64,000 nt of DNA, from the NCBI GenBank assembly GCA_963575745.1, contig CAUYUJ010000218.1, positions 1-64,000 of the forward strand. The letters are read 5' to 3'. Below are positions 13,576-26,005 of the stretch, in pieces (positions within the stretch are counted from its first letter, which is position 1; each line of letters opens with the position of its first letter). The position numbers and the translations under genes were made by a program. The DNA comes from Prorocentrum cordatum. Its lineage: Eukaryota. The notes under the pieces were generated by a model, which did not search any database, was not told the DNA's origin, and saw nothing but the letters and a program-made list of their open reading frames with translations.

Positions 13576-14538
13576 CTCCTACTCCTTCCCTCCCCCTCCT
13601 CCCCCCTCCTCTCCCTCCTCCTCCCTCCTCCCCCTCCCCCTCCTCCTCCCTCCTCCTCCTCCTCCTCCCTCCTCCTCCTCCCTCCTCCCCCCTCCTCCTC
13701 CCTCCTCCTCCCTCCTCCCTCCTCCCTCCTCCCTCCTCCTCCCTCCTCCTCCCTCCTCCTCCCTCCTCCCTCCTCCCTCCTCCTCCTAGCCACCTCCAGC
13801 GAACCACTCTCCAGTGAGGCCGCTCGGGGGGCCGAAAAAGCCCCGCCGGGCGCGGGTACGGCAGACATGGCGGCCGCGCGAGGCCCCCCTCGAGAAGACA
13901 GAGAGGGCCCCCCGCAGGCGCACTCGCCGATCGCCCTGGCAGAGTGGGCGCTCCACCAGCCCCCGGCATGGGAGGAGTGCCAGTGGAGACGAGGCCCAGG
14001 TCCGCTCAGAGGCGGTCCCCGAACCCCCCCTGCGCCGGCCCTTCGCGGCGGAGATCCAGCGTCGGCGACGAGGAGCCTCCGGGAGGCCCCCCGCGGAGGC
14101 CGCGGAGACGAGAAGCCCCCCCCGGGAGGACCGCCGCTGCCTCGACGGCGGCCCTCCCCGACGAAGAGGCCGCGCGCCGGCAGCCCCCCCCCCCCCGCCC
14201 CCCGGGCAGCCCCGTGCGCAGAAGGCATCGGTACGCCACCACCGTGCCAAGCCAGGGCCATCCTGGCCCTGGCATGGTGTTGCACGCACTCCTGGCCGAG
14301 GCCCAGGAAGCTCTCTACACCACATCCTGGGGCCCAGGATGGCCCTGGCCTGGCACGGTGGTGGTGTGCAGACGCCTTCGTCGGACCCCGGGCCGAGCGG
14401 GGGCCTCCGTGCCCTCGCGGCGCAGCAGCTCCTCGAGCCCCGGCGGGGGCCTCGGCGCCGGCGGCCGCTCGCCCCGCGCCTGCGCGGCCTTGCTGTCGGC
14501 GCCGTCCTGCGGAGCAGCGGACGCACGAACGAACGAAG

Positions 14539-14688
14539 CTAAGCTGCCGTCGCCGGGGAGCCGGCGTCCCTGCAAAAGGGAGGCAGAGGCGCGCTGGTCG
14601 CGCGCACGCCTTCTACGAAGCCCACTACATAGATGTGCGACTGCATGAGCAAAGTCCTCCATCGGAGAGGCTCCTCCATCGGCGAGGC
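14539..14688 (-). CDS. Possible terminal exon of the PPR gene (ASPMEE...)
   Basis: Pyrimidine tract plus CAG acceptor (TCTCTTCCTCCGCAG|GCC) in phase 0 and open to a TAG. No homology support. Confidence 0.3.
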   Translation of the reverse strand, partial: ASPMEEPLRWRTLLMQSHIYVVGFVEGVRATSAPLPPFCRDAGSPATAA

Positions 14689-15044
14689 CTGCGGAGGAAG
14701 AGACAACAACTACGTATGCGAGCGAACGCAGCAGGCATACGGACACGTACGGTCGGGAACTCGTGCACGCCGTGTCGCGGCGGCGGCCCTGGGCGACACG
14801 CCGTGCCTTGCAAGCGGGTGGCGCCGCCCCGCTCCCGCGGGGCGGGAGGCTGGGAAGAGGCCTCGGGACCTGGACGCCCCAGCGGCCCCGAAACGGACAG
14901 CGTGTCGCGCCGAAGCGTGGTGGGCCACAACCGGCGGCGCGACGCGGCCGTAAACTTCCGCCTCTGCCACTTTGTGCTCCCCCCCCCGCGCCCCTTGCCG
15001 CCCCGCGTCGACCGACGGCCGACGGCCGACGGATTCCTGCATGA

Positions 15045-15190
15045 ACATACACTCTCGGAGCTCCGCGCGGATTCCTTGCATCGGCGCTGGACTCGCCCTG
15101 GCGGCACCTCCGGCGCCGCCCCTGGCGCGATCCGCGCGCTGGGGAGAGGGATCGACCCAAGAAAGCCGCGCGGAGCTCCGAAAGTTAATG
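15045..15190. mobile_element. Palindromic MITE family A (TCGGAGxTCCGCGCGG...CCGCGCGGAxCTCCGA)
   Basis: Inverted ends. Related copies at ~7893-8008, 10283-10421, 18645-18800 and 41672-41800. Confidence 0.7.
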
Positions 15191-15198
15191 CGTGTGTA

Positions 15199-15386
15199 CA
15201 GTAGGTTCGTGTCGTGCCAACCCTGGCGTTGGGTCCTGACGCCGCGGCGTTCGTTCAACCTTGAAAGATCGGCCGTTTCCGAAACGTCAGATCGTTCGAC
15301 ATCGAGCGATTCTGGGTCGCTGGCGGCGTTCAACGTCGAACGCTGGCGGCGGGGTCGCCGCCGGTCGACACGAAGCGAACCTACCG
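15199..15386. mobile_element. Tc1/mariner-type MITE (188 bp)
   Basis: TIRs CAGTAGGTTCGTGTCGTGCCAACC and rc CGGTAGGTTCGCTTCGTGTCGACC, flanked by TA at 15197-15198 and 15387-15388. Confidence 0.75.
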
Positions 15387-15411
15387 TAGTGCTATTTGTG
15401 TTGGTCGAGTC

Positions 15412-16749
15412 CTGCGAGATCTGGTCCGCGATCTCCTTGAGGCCACGCTTGAGGCACTCCTTGCTCAGGTATGCGAAGGTCTTGTCGCACGGGGGCACGC
15501 CCGCCCGGGCCATCTCACCGTACAGGGCGACAGCCCTCCCAACCCTTCGTATCCTGACACAGCTCTGGATCGCGTCGTGGAAGGCGAACTGATTGGGTTC
15601 GATGCCCGCCTCGCGCATGGAGTCGAAGAGGTCCACGGCCTCCTTCATCTTGCCGGTGGAGGTGCAGGCCTTGATCACTGCGCCATAGGTCTTGCCGTTG
15701 GGAACCAGCGAGTGCTCGGGCATCTTCTCAAACAGCTCCAGGGCCTGGTCAGCCATGCCGAGATGCGAACAGGCGCACAGCGCGGCATTATACGCCACCC
15801 TGTCAAGCTTGACCCCTCGCTCGACCATCTCGTCGTAGAGCTTCAGTGTGCGCTCCGGCTCGGTTCGCTCGTAAGCAGCCATGATGCAACGGTACGCTGT
15901 CGAGCTGAGACTGACGCCCTGCGCCCTCAGCTTCACAAAGACCTTCAACACATCGTCTGGAAGCTTGCTCTTCCAAGAGCAGATGAGGCAATTCTGGACT
16001 GCGTTTGTCGGCGCCACCTTATGAGCTTGAATTATATCCAGAAGCTGGAGTCCTGTCTCCCTCATGCGCTTCTCGTCGAGGTTCTCTGCGACGAGCTTGA
16101 AGAATTTGCTCACGATGTGGCTGCTTATCAACTGATGCTCGGTGTCGTAGGGGACGCCCTTCTGAAGCATTTCACTGTACAATTCCAGCGCCATCTCCAC
16201 ATGGTTCAACCGATTGCAAGCGTCCATGATCTTGGAGTATGTCGAAGCATCTGGGGCAATATGACCCTGTTTTGCCTGGGCGAGAACCTGCATATCTGCT
16301 TCTTTCTGCTCTGATACCTTCATGGGCGACAGCCTCTTGATGGCCTCGTGAGCCTCTTCTTGGGAGCTCCATGCGTCTTTGGGCGGACCAGAAACACCAG
16401 TGGCGTTACGAGGGATCTGCGATGCCAAACGCCCCACGGTCCTGACTGGCTGCTGCCTGGCTTGATAGTCGCCAGCTGGGGGCGCAGCCTTCGGCGGCGA
16501 CATCTTCTTTGCTGCAACCGCCTTCCCGTTTGGCGCTCCGTGTGGTCGCGCATTCGCGTCGGAAAAACCGACGAAGTAGGCAGCGGCCAGCAGCAGCAAG
16601 GTCATGAGCTCGGTCTGGAAATTCCTGACGATCTCACTGGCAAACATGTCACAGAGGCAGAACGGGATCAGGAGCAGGAGGACACACACGACGGGCCCGT
16701 GCTGGGAACGCCGGATGGAGGAGACCTTCTCGACCAGCGACTGCGCCAT
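15412..16749 (-). CDS. Pentatricopeptide repeat (PPR) protein, main exon (446 codons), with two N-terminal hydrophobic segments
   Basis: Tandem 35-aa PPR motifs (PDASTYSKIMDAC, AYNAALCACSHLGMADQALELFEKM...PNGKTYGAVIKAC, PNQFAFHDAIQSC). PPR-like sequence ends at ...QISQ with a CAG|GA donor at 15412/15411. Beyond this the listed ORF reads through MITEs. Confidence 0.92.
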
Positions 16750-16874
16750 TGCGAAGTGTCTGGGGTGCTAGAGTGGGAAAGGAACACACAAGTGTGCCCC
16801 AAAAGATGAGTTACGAGTTACGGGTAATCTCTCGTGTACTGGGTGAGTATTTGCTTGCTCCAGCTGGGTGCTAC

Positions 16875-16904
16875 AGCGGGGCAAAGTGGCTTGACCCAGC
16901 ATGG
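16875..16904 (-). promoter_or_regulatory. Two tandem degenerate relict spliced leaders upstream of the PPR ATG
   Basis: Minus strand CCATGCTGGGTCAAG (12/15 to CCATTTTGGCTCAAG) then CCACTTTGCCCCGCT (9/15), after a pyrimidine-rich tract. Confidence 0.55.
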
Positions 16905-17254
16905 ATTTCGATGAGGACGGGGAAGTGGAAAGAAGGGTTGGAAGAGACGTATGTAAGATGAGTACGGCAAAGACGAGGATTGACCAAAGGACAAGGAGGC
17001 CGAGGTGGGAGGAGAGATGCAGGTATAAATCTTGCTCTGCCCGTGATGGCGACGTAGTTAATCTAGTTGAGCCAGAGATCAGAGAGAGAGAGAAGAAACG
17101 GGGAGGAGGACGACGATGACGAGCACAATAAACAGTATAGAGGAAGAGGCGGAGAAGTGGAAGGAGAGGTGGGATCAACGTGATGAGAAGCATACGACGA
17201 GGAGACTGGAGGACCACTAATTCGCTACTTCCAACACCTGCCCTCTTCTACTCG

Positions 17255-17471
17255 AGGCCTCCTAGATGGGGTCCGAGTCGATGGGGTCGAAGGATCGCGC
17301 CGTATCACCAATGCATCGCCGATGTATCGGCGATGCATCGGCGACGTCGGCAATGCATCGGCGACGTCGGCGCGGGGAAACACGGGCTCCACATCGAGCC
17401 GCACCGTCGATGCACCGGCGATGCGGCGCGATCCTCCGACCCCATCTGCCTGGACCCCACCTGGGAGGCCT
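17255..17471. mobile_element. Foldback/MITE element
   Basis: Long inverted arms AGGCCTCCTAGATGGGGTCC...GGATCGCGCCG and CGGCGCGATCC...GGACCCCACCTGGGAGGCCT. Confidence 0.7.
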
Positions 17472-18644
17472 GGCTCTGCTCGGCTTCGCGTGTCGGGGTG
17501 ACTCTTACGAGGGTGGATTTTGTCTGCTCTCTCTGAGGGTCGACCCCTGGAGGTCTGGACCCCTTCTCTGGGACGGGCTTTTCGTCCGGGGTCGTTCTTT
17601 GAAGGTCCCGAGGCCCAGCAGGGGCCCCCGAAGGCAGAGGATAGCGAAAAGTGGGAAAGCCGCCGGTCGTGAGATTTTTTTCTTACGAGGGTGGATCCTT
17701 ACGAGGGTGGATCCTTCTGAGGGTGGAGCTCCTGCTCTCTCCCTCCGCACTGTCGCGACGTCTCCTCACCCGTGGCGCCTCTCGCAGGAGGCGCTGCGCC
17801 CCCCGGAGAGACCCGCTCCTGGCTGCCGGTGGCCCAGACGCTCGTCAAGTGCGCGGTGGTAGAGGAGGGAGGAGGAGGAGGAGGAGGAGGAGGAGGAGGA
17901 GGAGGAGGAGGAGGAGGAGGAGGAGGAGAGGAGGAGGAAGGCGGAGGAGGAGGAGGGGAGGAGGAGGAGGAGAGGAGGAGGAGGAGGAGGAGGAAGGGAG
18001 GAGGAGGAGGAGGAGGAGGAGGAGGGGAGGAGGAGGAGGAGGAGGAGGAGGGGAGGAGGAGGAGGAGGAGGAGGGAGGAGGAGGGGGGAGGAGGAGGAGG
18101 AGGAGGAGGAGGAGGAGGAGGAGGAGAGGAGGAGGAGGAGGAGGAGGAGGAGGAGGAGGGAGGGAGAGAGGGAGAGAGGGAGGGAGGGAGGAGGAGGAGG
18201 AGGAGGAGGAGGAGGAGGAGGAGGAGGAGGAGGAGGACGAGGACGAGGAGGACGAGGAGGCGGAGGCGGGGGGCAGCCCCCCCTTCCAACACCTGTCCTC
18301 CTCTGCTCGCTCGCCGACCCCACGCGACCACGGCCAGAGCATCGCGCGTGGACCCTGGGTGCCCAAAGGGTGCAGCCATGCACGGCGCGTGGCCGCCTCC
18401 TCGACCCTGGGCGGGGCGCCGCGGAATCCTAGAGGAAGAACAGATGGCATGAGCATAAGCATAAGCATGGGCAAAAATGGCATGAGCATAGAGGAAAGAC
18501 AAAAAAGGCATAAGCATAGATGGAAGATGAGCATAGAGGAATGCCAAGTGGCATAAAACACAACAGAGAACATGAACATAGATGGAAGTAACTTAAGATA
18601 GCATTCACATAGATGACAGAAACATAGAGGAAGACTAATGACAT

Positions 18645-18800
18645 AAACAATCACTTTCGACGGTCCGCGCAGATTTCTCGGATCTGCGCCGGACCCCCCT
18701 CCCTGGCGCGCGGAGCGCGCCAGGGGCGGCGCCGGAGGCGCCGCCAGGGGGGCCCATCGCGGATCCAGGAAACACGCGCGGAGCGCCGAAAGTTTACGTT
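18645..18800. mobile_element. MITE family A copy
   Basis: Same internal core (CCTGGCGCGCGGAGCGCGCCAGGGGCGGCGCCGG) and inverted ends. Confidence 0.65.
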
Positions 18801-19092
18801 TATGCCCCTTCCCCTCCTTCGGAAGCAGCAAGGGGAGGATGCCAGCGGGCACAGCCCAAGACCCGAGCGGCCCCGGGGCACGCCCGCACGAGCAGAAGGT
18901 CTGGGCACAGGGCACAGTGCCGTGCCGTGCGCCGCGTGCGCGGCGTGCCGCCGCTGGCTGGGTGCGCCGCTGCCGTGCGCCGAGGCGCCGTGCCGTGCCG
19001 TGCGCCGAGAGCGGGTCCGCGCCGCCCGCCGCCCGTCGGTCGTCGTCGGTCGGTCGTCGTCGGTCGTCGGTCGGCGGTCGTCGTGGTCGGCG

Positions 19093-19183
<91 letters not shown>

Positions 19184-20247
19184 TCGTCGCCGTCGTCGTC
19201 GTCAGTCGTCAGTCGTCGTGCAGGAGGGGTGCGGCGAAGGCCACGAACACGCAGGGCCCCAGCGGGCCTCTGGCCAAGCGCCCGGCCGCGAGAGGCGAGC
19301 AGGCGCGGCCACGGGGAGGAGCGCGGGCCGCAGCCGCGGAAAGACGAGGACGAGGAGCCCGAGAATGAGGTGCAGAGGGCACTCTGGGTTTCTTGATAAG
19401 CGTGGGGGGGGTCGCCTCGACATCGCGCCGCGACGGGGGTCGGAGCGCCTTTGGCGCGCGGTGGCCGCCCGCAAAAGGGGTCGAGGTGACGCCCCCCGAC
19501 GCTAACTAAGAAACTCGGGGTAGGCGGCAGACCGGTGGGGGGCCCAACAGATGCCGACACGCCGATGCTCCCTGGACCTCTCTTTGGCGTGCGCTCTGCC
19601 CCCATATTGCGAAGCGATTCCCAGCCGTGGCGACGAATGGCGGGCGCGTTGAAGAACACACTGCGTGAGCATGCAACATCGGAGGTCCCCGAGGAGTTCT
19701 CTTGGGCGCCCCATCCAGCGCCGATCCACGAAATCCGCACGAGCCCCCGCGAGCAGATGTTCACGCAGTGCTTGCCTATTCGAGGGCAGCGGCATCGATC
19801 GTTTCTTACGAACCAAGGTGGGCAGCAAGAAATGCCCCCCCTAAACAAAAATCTATAGGCACGTTGGTCGACGACCTCTGAGCCTTCTCGGGTGCCCCAA
19901 GGCCTCTGCGGACACCCAAGGCAATCGAGGGACAAGACATTTCCCTGGGGCATCCGCTGGCAGGCGGGCCTCTCACTCGATCCGCCCGCTGCAGCGGTGG
20001 GCCTGGGAACAGCAGAGCAGCCAGAGCAACGCTGGGTCGCGAGGGTGCTGCTAGAGTGCCACCAGGGCCGCCCGAGCACCGACCTGCCCTCAGGGCCACA
20101 ACACGATTCAGATCGGTACTTGCGAGGGCCTCTTTCGATGATCCTCAGGACGTGTGTTAGCCCAATCTGTGTTTGTCCGCTTCAGCCCAACCAGTAGATC
20201 CTTACATCGCCTGCGTCGCATCGAAGGCCCTCGATAAACAAACACAC

Positions 20248-20332
20248 GTTGGGGCTAACACTGTGTTAGCCCCAACTGTGATAAGAGTCGATGATCCTCA
20301 GAACGTGTCACGTTCTGAGGATCATCGACTCT
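20248..20332. other. Two adjacent perfect hairpins (14-bp and 24-bp arms, each with a single-T loop)
   Basis: GTTGGGGCTAACAC-T-GTGTTAGCCCCAAC (20248-20276) and AGAGTCGATGATCCTCAGAACGTG-T-CACGTTCTGAGGATCATCGACTCT (20284-20332). Confidence 0.95.
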
Positions 20333-21794
20333 GGGGCATCACGAGAAGGGGCTCGACCGACCCGAACGCTCCCCAAACCCTTTTTTCTGATCCTGATGGG
20401 GGGGCGTCCACGAGGGGGGCGTCAAAGAGGGGGGGCTGGCAAACCACGAGGCCAGGGGGGGCGAGGGGAAACAGCGGTGTTGAAATCAGAAGGGCCATGA
20501 GATCCGGTGAGATATCGTGGCCCTGGCTATGATACACCCCCCTCCAATGAGATCCGCGTTGCGACATACTTGCAACACCGCGAACAATCACGACCAAAAT
20601 CCTAGACCCCATCGTTCTGCTGCATTTTTCTGGTCGGATCGACCTGTGGTGGTCCCGAGGCCCGGAACCTGGCGAAAACACCAGTGCAGAAAAATGCAAC
20701 GCCCGGATCTCAAAGGCCATCGCTCCCCAACCTCCGACGCCTTGATTCTCTCAGTACGGGGTCACCAGAGTCTGCACCACTTCCCAGGGACGGGTTTATC
20801 CTCTCAGTTTGCTTTTTGACGGTCCCGAAGCCTGGCGAGGGCCCCCCAAAACATCCAAACGACGGAACAAAAAAACAGTTTTTTTCACTTGCGTTGCGGG
20901 TCCGTGTCCCTCTTGGCTGCCTATAAGCTGCAAGTAGCGCTGGGCATCCGCCCCCAGGGAAGACCCTGACTCAACATCCACCTTACTCTGAATTGTATCA
21001 GACATGCATCTCGTTGGAAGCAATCAGGGCAGAAAGTCCCGCCTCAGGAAAATAAGGCGCGGACATTCCCGCCCTACGCATGTTGAAACTTCCACAGAAA
21101 TACGTAAGGCGGAACCAGCGGCGGAATTCCAGGGCGGAAATCAATAACAAAGGAGCCCGAGAAGTAGGGTCGACATTTTCTCCCTCCTCACGAAATCGCC
21201 CAAAGTACGGCGGATCCAGAGCCAGGGTACTGTGGAGTTGCAGAGGGGTTCCTTGGTCTTGTTCCCTGTCTGTGTCCCTCGGGTAGCTAGGCTTTCTTTC
21301 CCTATTGCGTCCCTCGGGTAGCTCGGTCTTGCTTTCTTGCTGCATTCCCCGGGTGGCCTGGTCTTGCTTCCTTGCTGCATTCCCTGGGAGGCCTGGCCTT
21401 GCTTCCTCACTGGATTCCCCAGGTTGCTCGGTCTTGTTTCCAAGCATCGGGCGGGTGGCAGTGGGGGGTGAACCAAATCGGGGGTGAAAAACAAGGCGGG
21501 TGGTAATATGGGGTGACCCAATCGAAGGGTGAAGAAAAACGGCCCTCTGGGGCCCCCTTTGGGTCCCTGCTGGTTCCAAGTGGGCCCCAAAGGGACCCTT
21601 TAGGGCCCATTTCTTCACCCCCCCCCGTAGGTCACCCCCTTCATCGGGCGACGAAATCTGTACATATTCACTGTTCCCAGGCCAAGCCCGCCCTCAACCC
21701 AGCAGCGGTGCCACGCCCTCCCGGCTCGGCCAGGAGGGCGTGCACACAGCTCCTGGGTTCAGGATGGGCCTGGCCAGGGACGAGTGGATAGGTG

Positions 21795-22010
21795 ACGGAT
21801 TCCGGAAACCCTGAGCACAAAAACGTTTTCATCTCTTGGGGGTGCATCTTTTGCTTCCGCCGCCATTCCACCGCTCTTCCGCTGGCTTCCGCAGGCAGAG
21901 GCGACCTCGTTTTACTTCCGCCGACCTTCTGCCGCGTTCCGCCGCGGAAAAGATGCTAACTCCTTCGATCCCCGAAGGCACGGCCATTCTTGGAACGCCC
22001 CATGCATGGA
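21795..22010 (+). repeat. Interspersed repeat (related copies ~34510-34710, 5450-5540, 24750-24800)
   Basis: Shared GGAAACCCTGAGC...TTTTCATCTCTTGGGG...CCTCGTTTTACTTCCGCCG. Confidence 0.7.
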
Positions 22011-23489
22011 TTTCGTCGCTCCCTGTTGCGCCACCCGCCCGACAACCCGTGCCGAAACCCCAGGCAGGAGAGGCGCATCGGCAGACCAGCAGGGGGCGGC
22101 CTGCAGCACCTGCCGCAGCCCGTGCCGCGGCGAGCCCGCGGCAGAGGCCGCCGCCCGCCGCGCGCTGGCCCCTTTGGGGGCCGGGGGAGGCCACATTTTT
22201 CCTCCTCCTCCTCCTCCTCCTCCTCCTCCTCCTCCTCCTCGTCCTCCTCCTCCTTTCTTCCTCCTCCTCCTCCTCCTCCTCCTCCTCCTCGTTCCTGCTC
22301 CTCTCCTCGCTCCTCGCTCCTCGCCCCTCGCTCCTCGCTCCTCGCTCCTCGCGCTCCTCCCGCTCCTCCCGCTCCTCCTCCTCCACCTCCTCCTTCCTCC
22401 TCCTCCTCCTCCTCCTCCTCCTCCTCCTCCTCCTCCTCCAACTCCTCCTCCTCCTCCTCCTCCTCCTCCTCCTCCTCCTCCTCCTCCTCCTCCTCCTCCT
22501 CTCCTCCTCCTCCTCCTCCGCCGCCTCCGCCTCCGCCTCCGCCTCCGCCGCCCGCCTCCGTTTCCGCCTCCGCCTCCGCCTCCGCCTCCGCCTCCGCCTC
22601 CGCCTCCGCCTCCGCCTCCGCCTCCGCCGCCTCCTCCTCCTCCTCTTTCTTTCTTTCTTTCTTTCTTTCTTTCGGAACTGCAGCGGTTGGTCCCTTGAGC
22701 GGGGCCGCCGATACCAGGCGCCGCGCGCGCCGCCGCGGCCGGGCCGCGGGGCGCTCACGGCGCGGGCGGGCCCCCCGCAAGCGGGCAGCATGGGAATGGC
22801 AAGCCCGCTCCCCCGCCCCGTTTTGCCGGCCGGAAACACCCGACCACCGACAGAACGGGCAGGGGCCAGGCAACACCAGATCCCACCACCCACCCCAGGG
22901 GCCCGCCACGACACGACAGACGCGACAGCGACGGCGACGACACGACGGTGGGGAGACGGACCCCCTGGCACACGACTCCCACGGGGGACACCTGGCTGGG
23001 AAGCCAGGCTCCCGTGGGAGACTGCGTGGCCGGGGGCCCCCTGGGAAGGGGACCCCGCTTTGGGGGCCATCCCAGGTGCGGGGGCTTGTGCCCCGAAGGC
23101 CCAGCGATCCCCGCCTCCGCTAGGGGCCCTCCTCCTCCTCCTCCCTCCTCCTCCTCCTCCTCCTCCTCCTCCCTCCTCCTCCTCCTCCTCCTCCTCCTCC
23201 CCTCCCCTCCTCATCCTCCGCCTCCGCCTCCACCTCCTCCTCCTCCGTCCTCCTCCTCCTTCCTCCTCCTCCTCCTCCTCCTCCTCCTCCTCCTCCTCCT
23301 CCTCCTCCTCCTTCTCCTCCTTCTCCTCCTCTCCCTCCTTCTCCTCCTCCTCCTCCTCCTCCTCCTCCTCCTCATGTTGCTCCTTCTGCTACTGCCCCTC
23401 CTGCCAACCCGACAACCAACCACCACGACCACGACCACGACGACGACGACGACGACGATTGCGACGACCACGACCATGACGACAACGAG

Positions 23490-23561
<72 letters not shown>

Positions 23562-23678
23562 TACGATGACGACTACGCGACGACGACGGCGACGAGGACG
23601 AGGGCGAGGACGACGAGGACGAGGACGAGGACGAGCACGAGGACGAGGACGAGGACGAGGACGACGGCGACGGCAACC

Positions 23679-23728
<50 letters not shown>

Positions 23729-23864
23729 TGCAACCACGACGACGAAGTTGACGACGACCACGACCACTATCACGACCACCACCACCACGACGACCACGTC
23801 CACGACCACGACCCCCACCGGGACCGCGACGAGCACGACCACGACCACGACAACTGCGACCACA

Positions 23865-23912
<48 letters not shown>

Positions 23913-24059
23913 TGTCGAATGCCCCCCGGGGCCACCGCAAGCGCGCTCGCACTGCCGCCCAGGTGGCGACGCGTCGTCGCACCTCGGGAGGGGGGGGGCA
24001 GGAGGGGGCAGAGGGGGAAGGAGGGAGGACGAGGGGGGGGGAGGAAGAAAGCGGGAGGG

Positions 24060-24620
24060 GGGCAAGCTAAGAGCGCAAGCGTCATACCTAACGTCCTGGC
24101 CCTCCCTCCCATCACTTACGATTGCGCAGATCTCCTCTCTCTATTCGCACAGTCCGATGTCGAACAGTGGTATGGCATGGTGTGTCGATGCGTAATATAG
24201 CACCGGGGAGTGTACGCGATGCATGGTATAGCAAGGCATAGCATGGCATCGCGTCGAGAACGCAACTCGTTTCGACAACAAGGTCAAAGGGAAACCCGAA
24301 ATTACACAGGACGAGAAATGCAAATTGATGGTTTATTTGGCAAGCGAGAAGCGCAAAATGAAATGAGCGCTGCAGCGGGAGCACGATTTCGAAGGACCGA
24401 GATCGTGAAAATCAGACCTGATTTACAGTGGGCGCACGATTTAGTAGAAGGACTAGAAGCGCGGAAACGAAGCCAACGCTGCAGCAGGAACACGAAGTGG
24501 AAGAGCCGAGACAACTAAATGAGGTCAGCGCTACAGCAGAAACATGCTTCGGAAGGACTGAGAACGGGAAAATAGAACCAACGCTGTAGCGGGAGCGCCG
24601 TTCTGAAAGGACTAAAAACG
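24060..24620 (+). repeat. Interspersed repeat family (inverted copy at ~43620-44035, fragments at ~55980 and ~56400)
   Basis: Shared GCGCAGATC...GATGTCGA.CAG block and internal GCGCTGCAGCGGGAGC units. Confidence 0.7.
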
Positions 24621-25526
24621 CTCTGGAAAACCACACATGAATTATCAGTTCGTCGGCATCCTGCGTGTAAAGAAACAGTACGCGGAGGAGGCCAGGACAC
24701 CTCACCGCCGTCTTCGGGGGAAAACGGAGAATAGTTTTCAAATGGCGGCCGATTCCGCAAACCCTGAACCCAAAAATGTTGTTTCAATATCTCTTGGGAG
24801 GTCGACTTGCGCATGCACCAGAGTGGTCGCGCCCTCGAGAGGCTGCGGGCCCGCCCCCCCCCCCTAAGGACGCGCCGTGGAGCGCCCGTCGGCAGGGTTC
24901 GCCCTCGAGGGAAGCCCAGCGGCCAAGCGTGGACCACCCACCTCGCCTTGAAACAAGAATGGATGCGCCGGGGCCTGGGCCCCAGGAAGACGTTCCGTAT
25001 CCAATACCGCCGCCGTAGCAAGGAGGCGCGATGCAGCCAAGGCAGAGGGGGGAGGGGAAGTAGGGGATGAGAGGAGAAGAAGCGAGGGAGGGAAGGAGAG
25101 AGGGAGGGGAGGGAGGCCTTCGTCGCCATCCTCGTCTTTCATTATTCCCCTCCTCATCCTCCTCATCCTCCTCCTCCTCCTCCTTCTCCTTCTCCTCCTC
25201 TTTCTCTTGCTCCTCTTCATCATCCTGGACGTTCGTCATGCTGCTCCTCCTCCTCCTCCTGCTCCTCCTCCTCCTGCTCCTCCTGCTCATCTTCCTTCTC
25301 ACCGTCATCATCACCGTCACCACCACCATCATCATCAACAACATCATCACCATCGCCATCACCATCATCATCCTATTCGGCCATTCCCAATCCTCCCCGC
25401 CCTCGGCCTCATCCGCCAGCGACAACGACGACCACAACAATCACAACAACGACGACGACGACCTCCTCCCTCAAAATCGCCCTCCGCCCCCGCGCACATG
25501 CGAGCGCGCATAAATGCATGCACGTG

Positions 25527-26005
<479 letters not shown>

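Noticed and set aside
14710..15411. C-terminal 233 aa of the listed 679-aa PPR ORF
   Set aside because: It reads through two MITEs after a plausible GA donor, so it is probably intronic.
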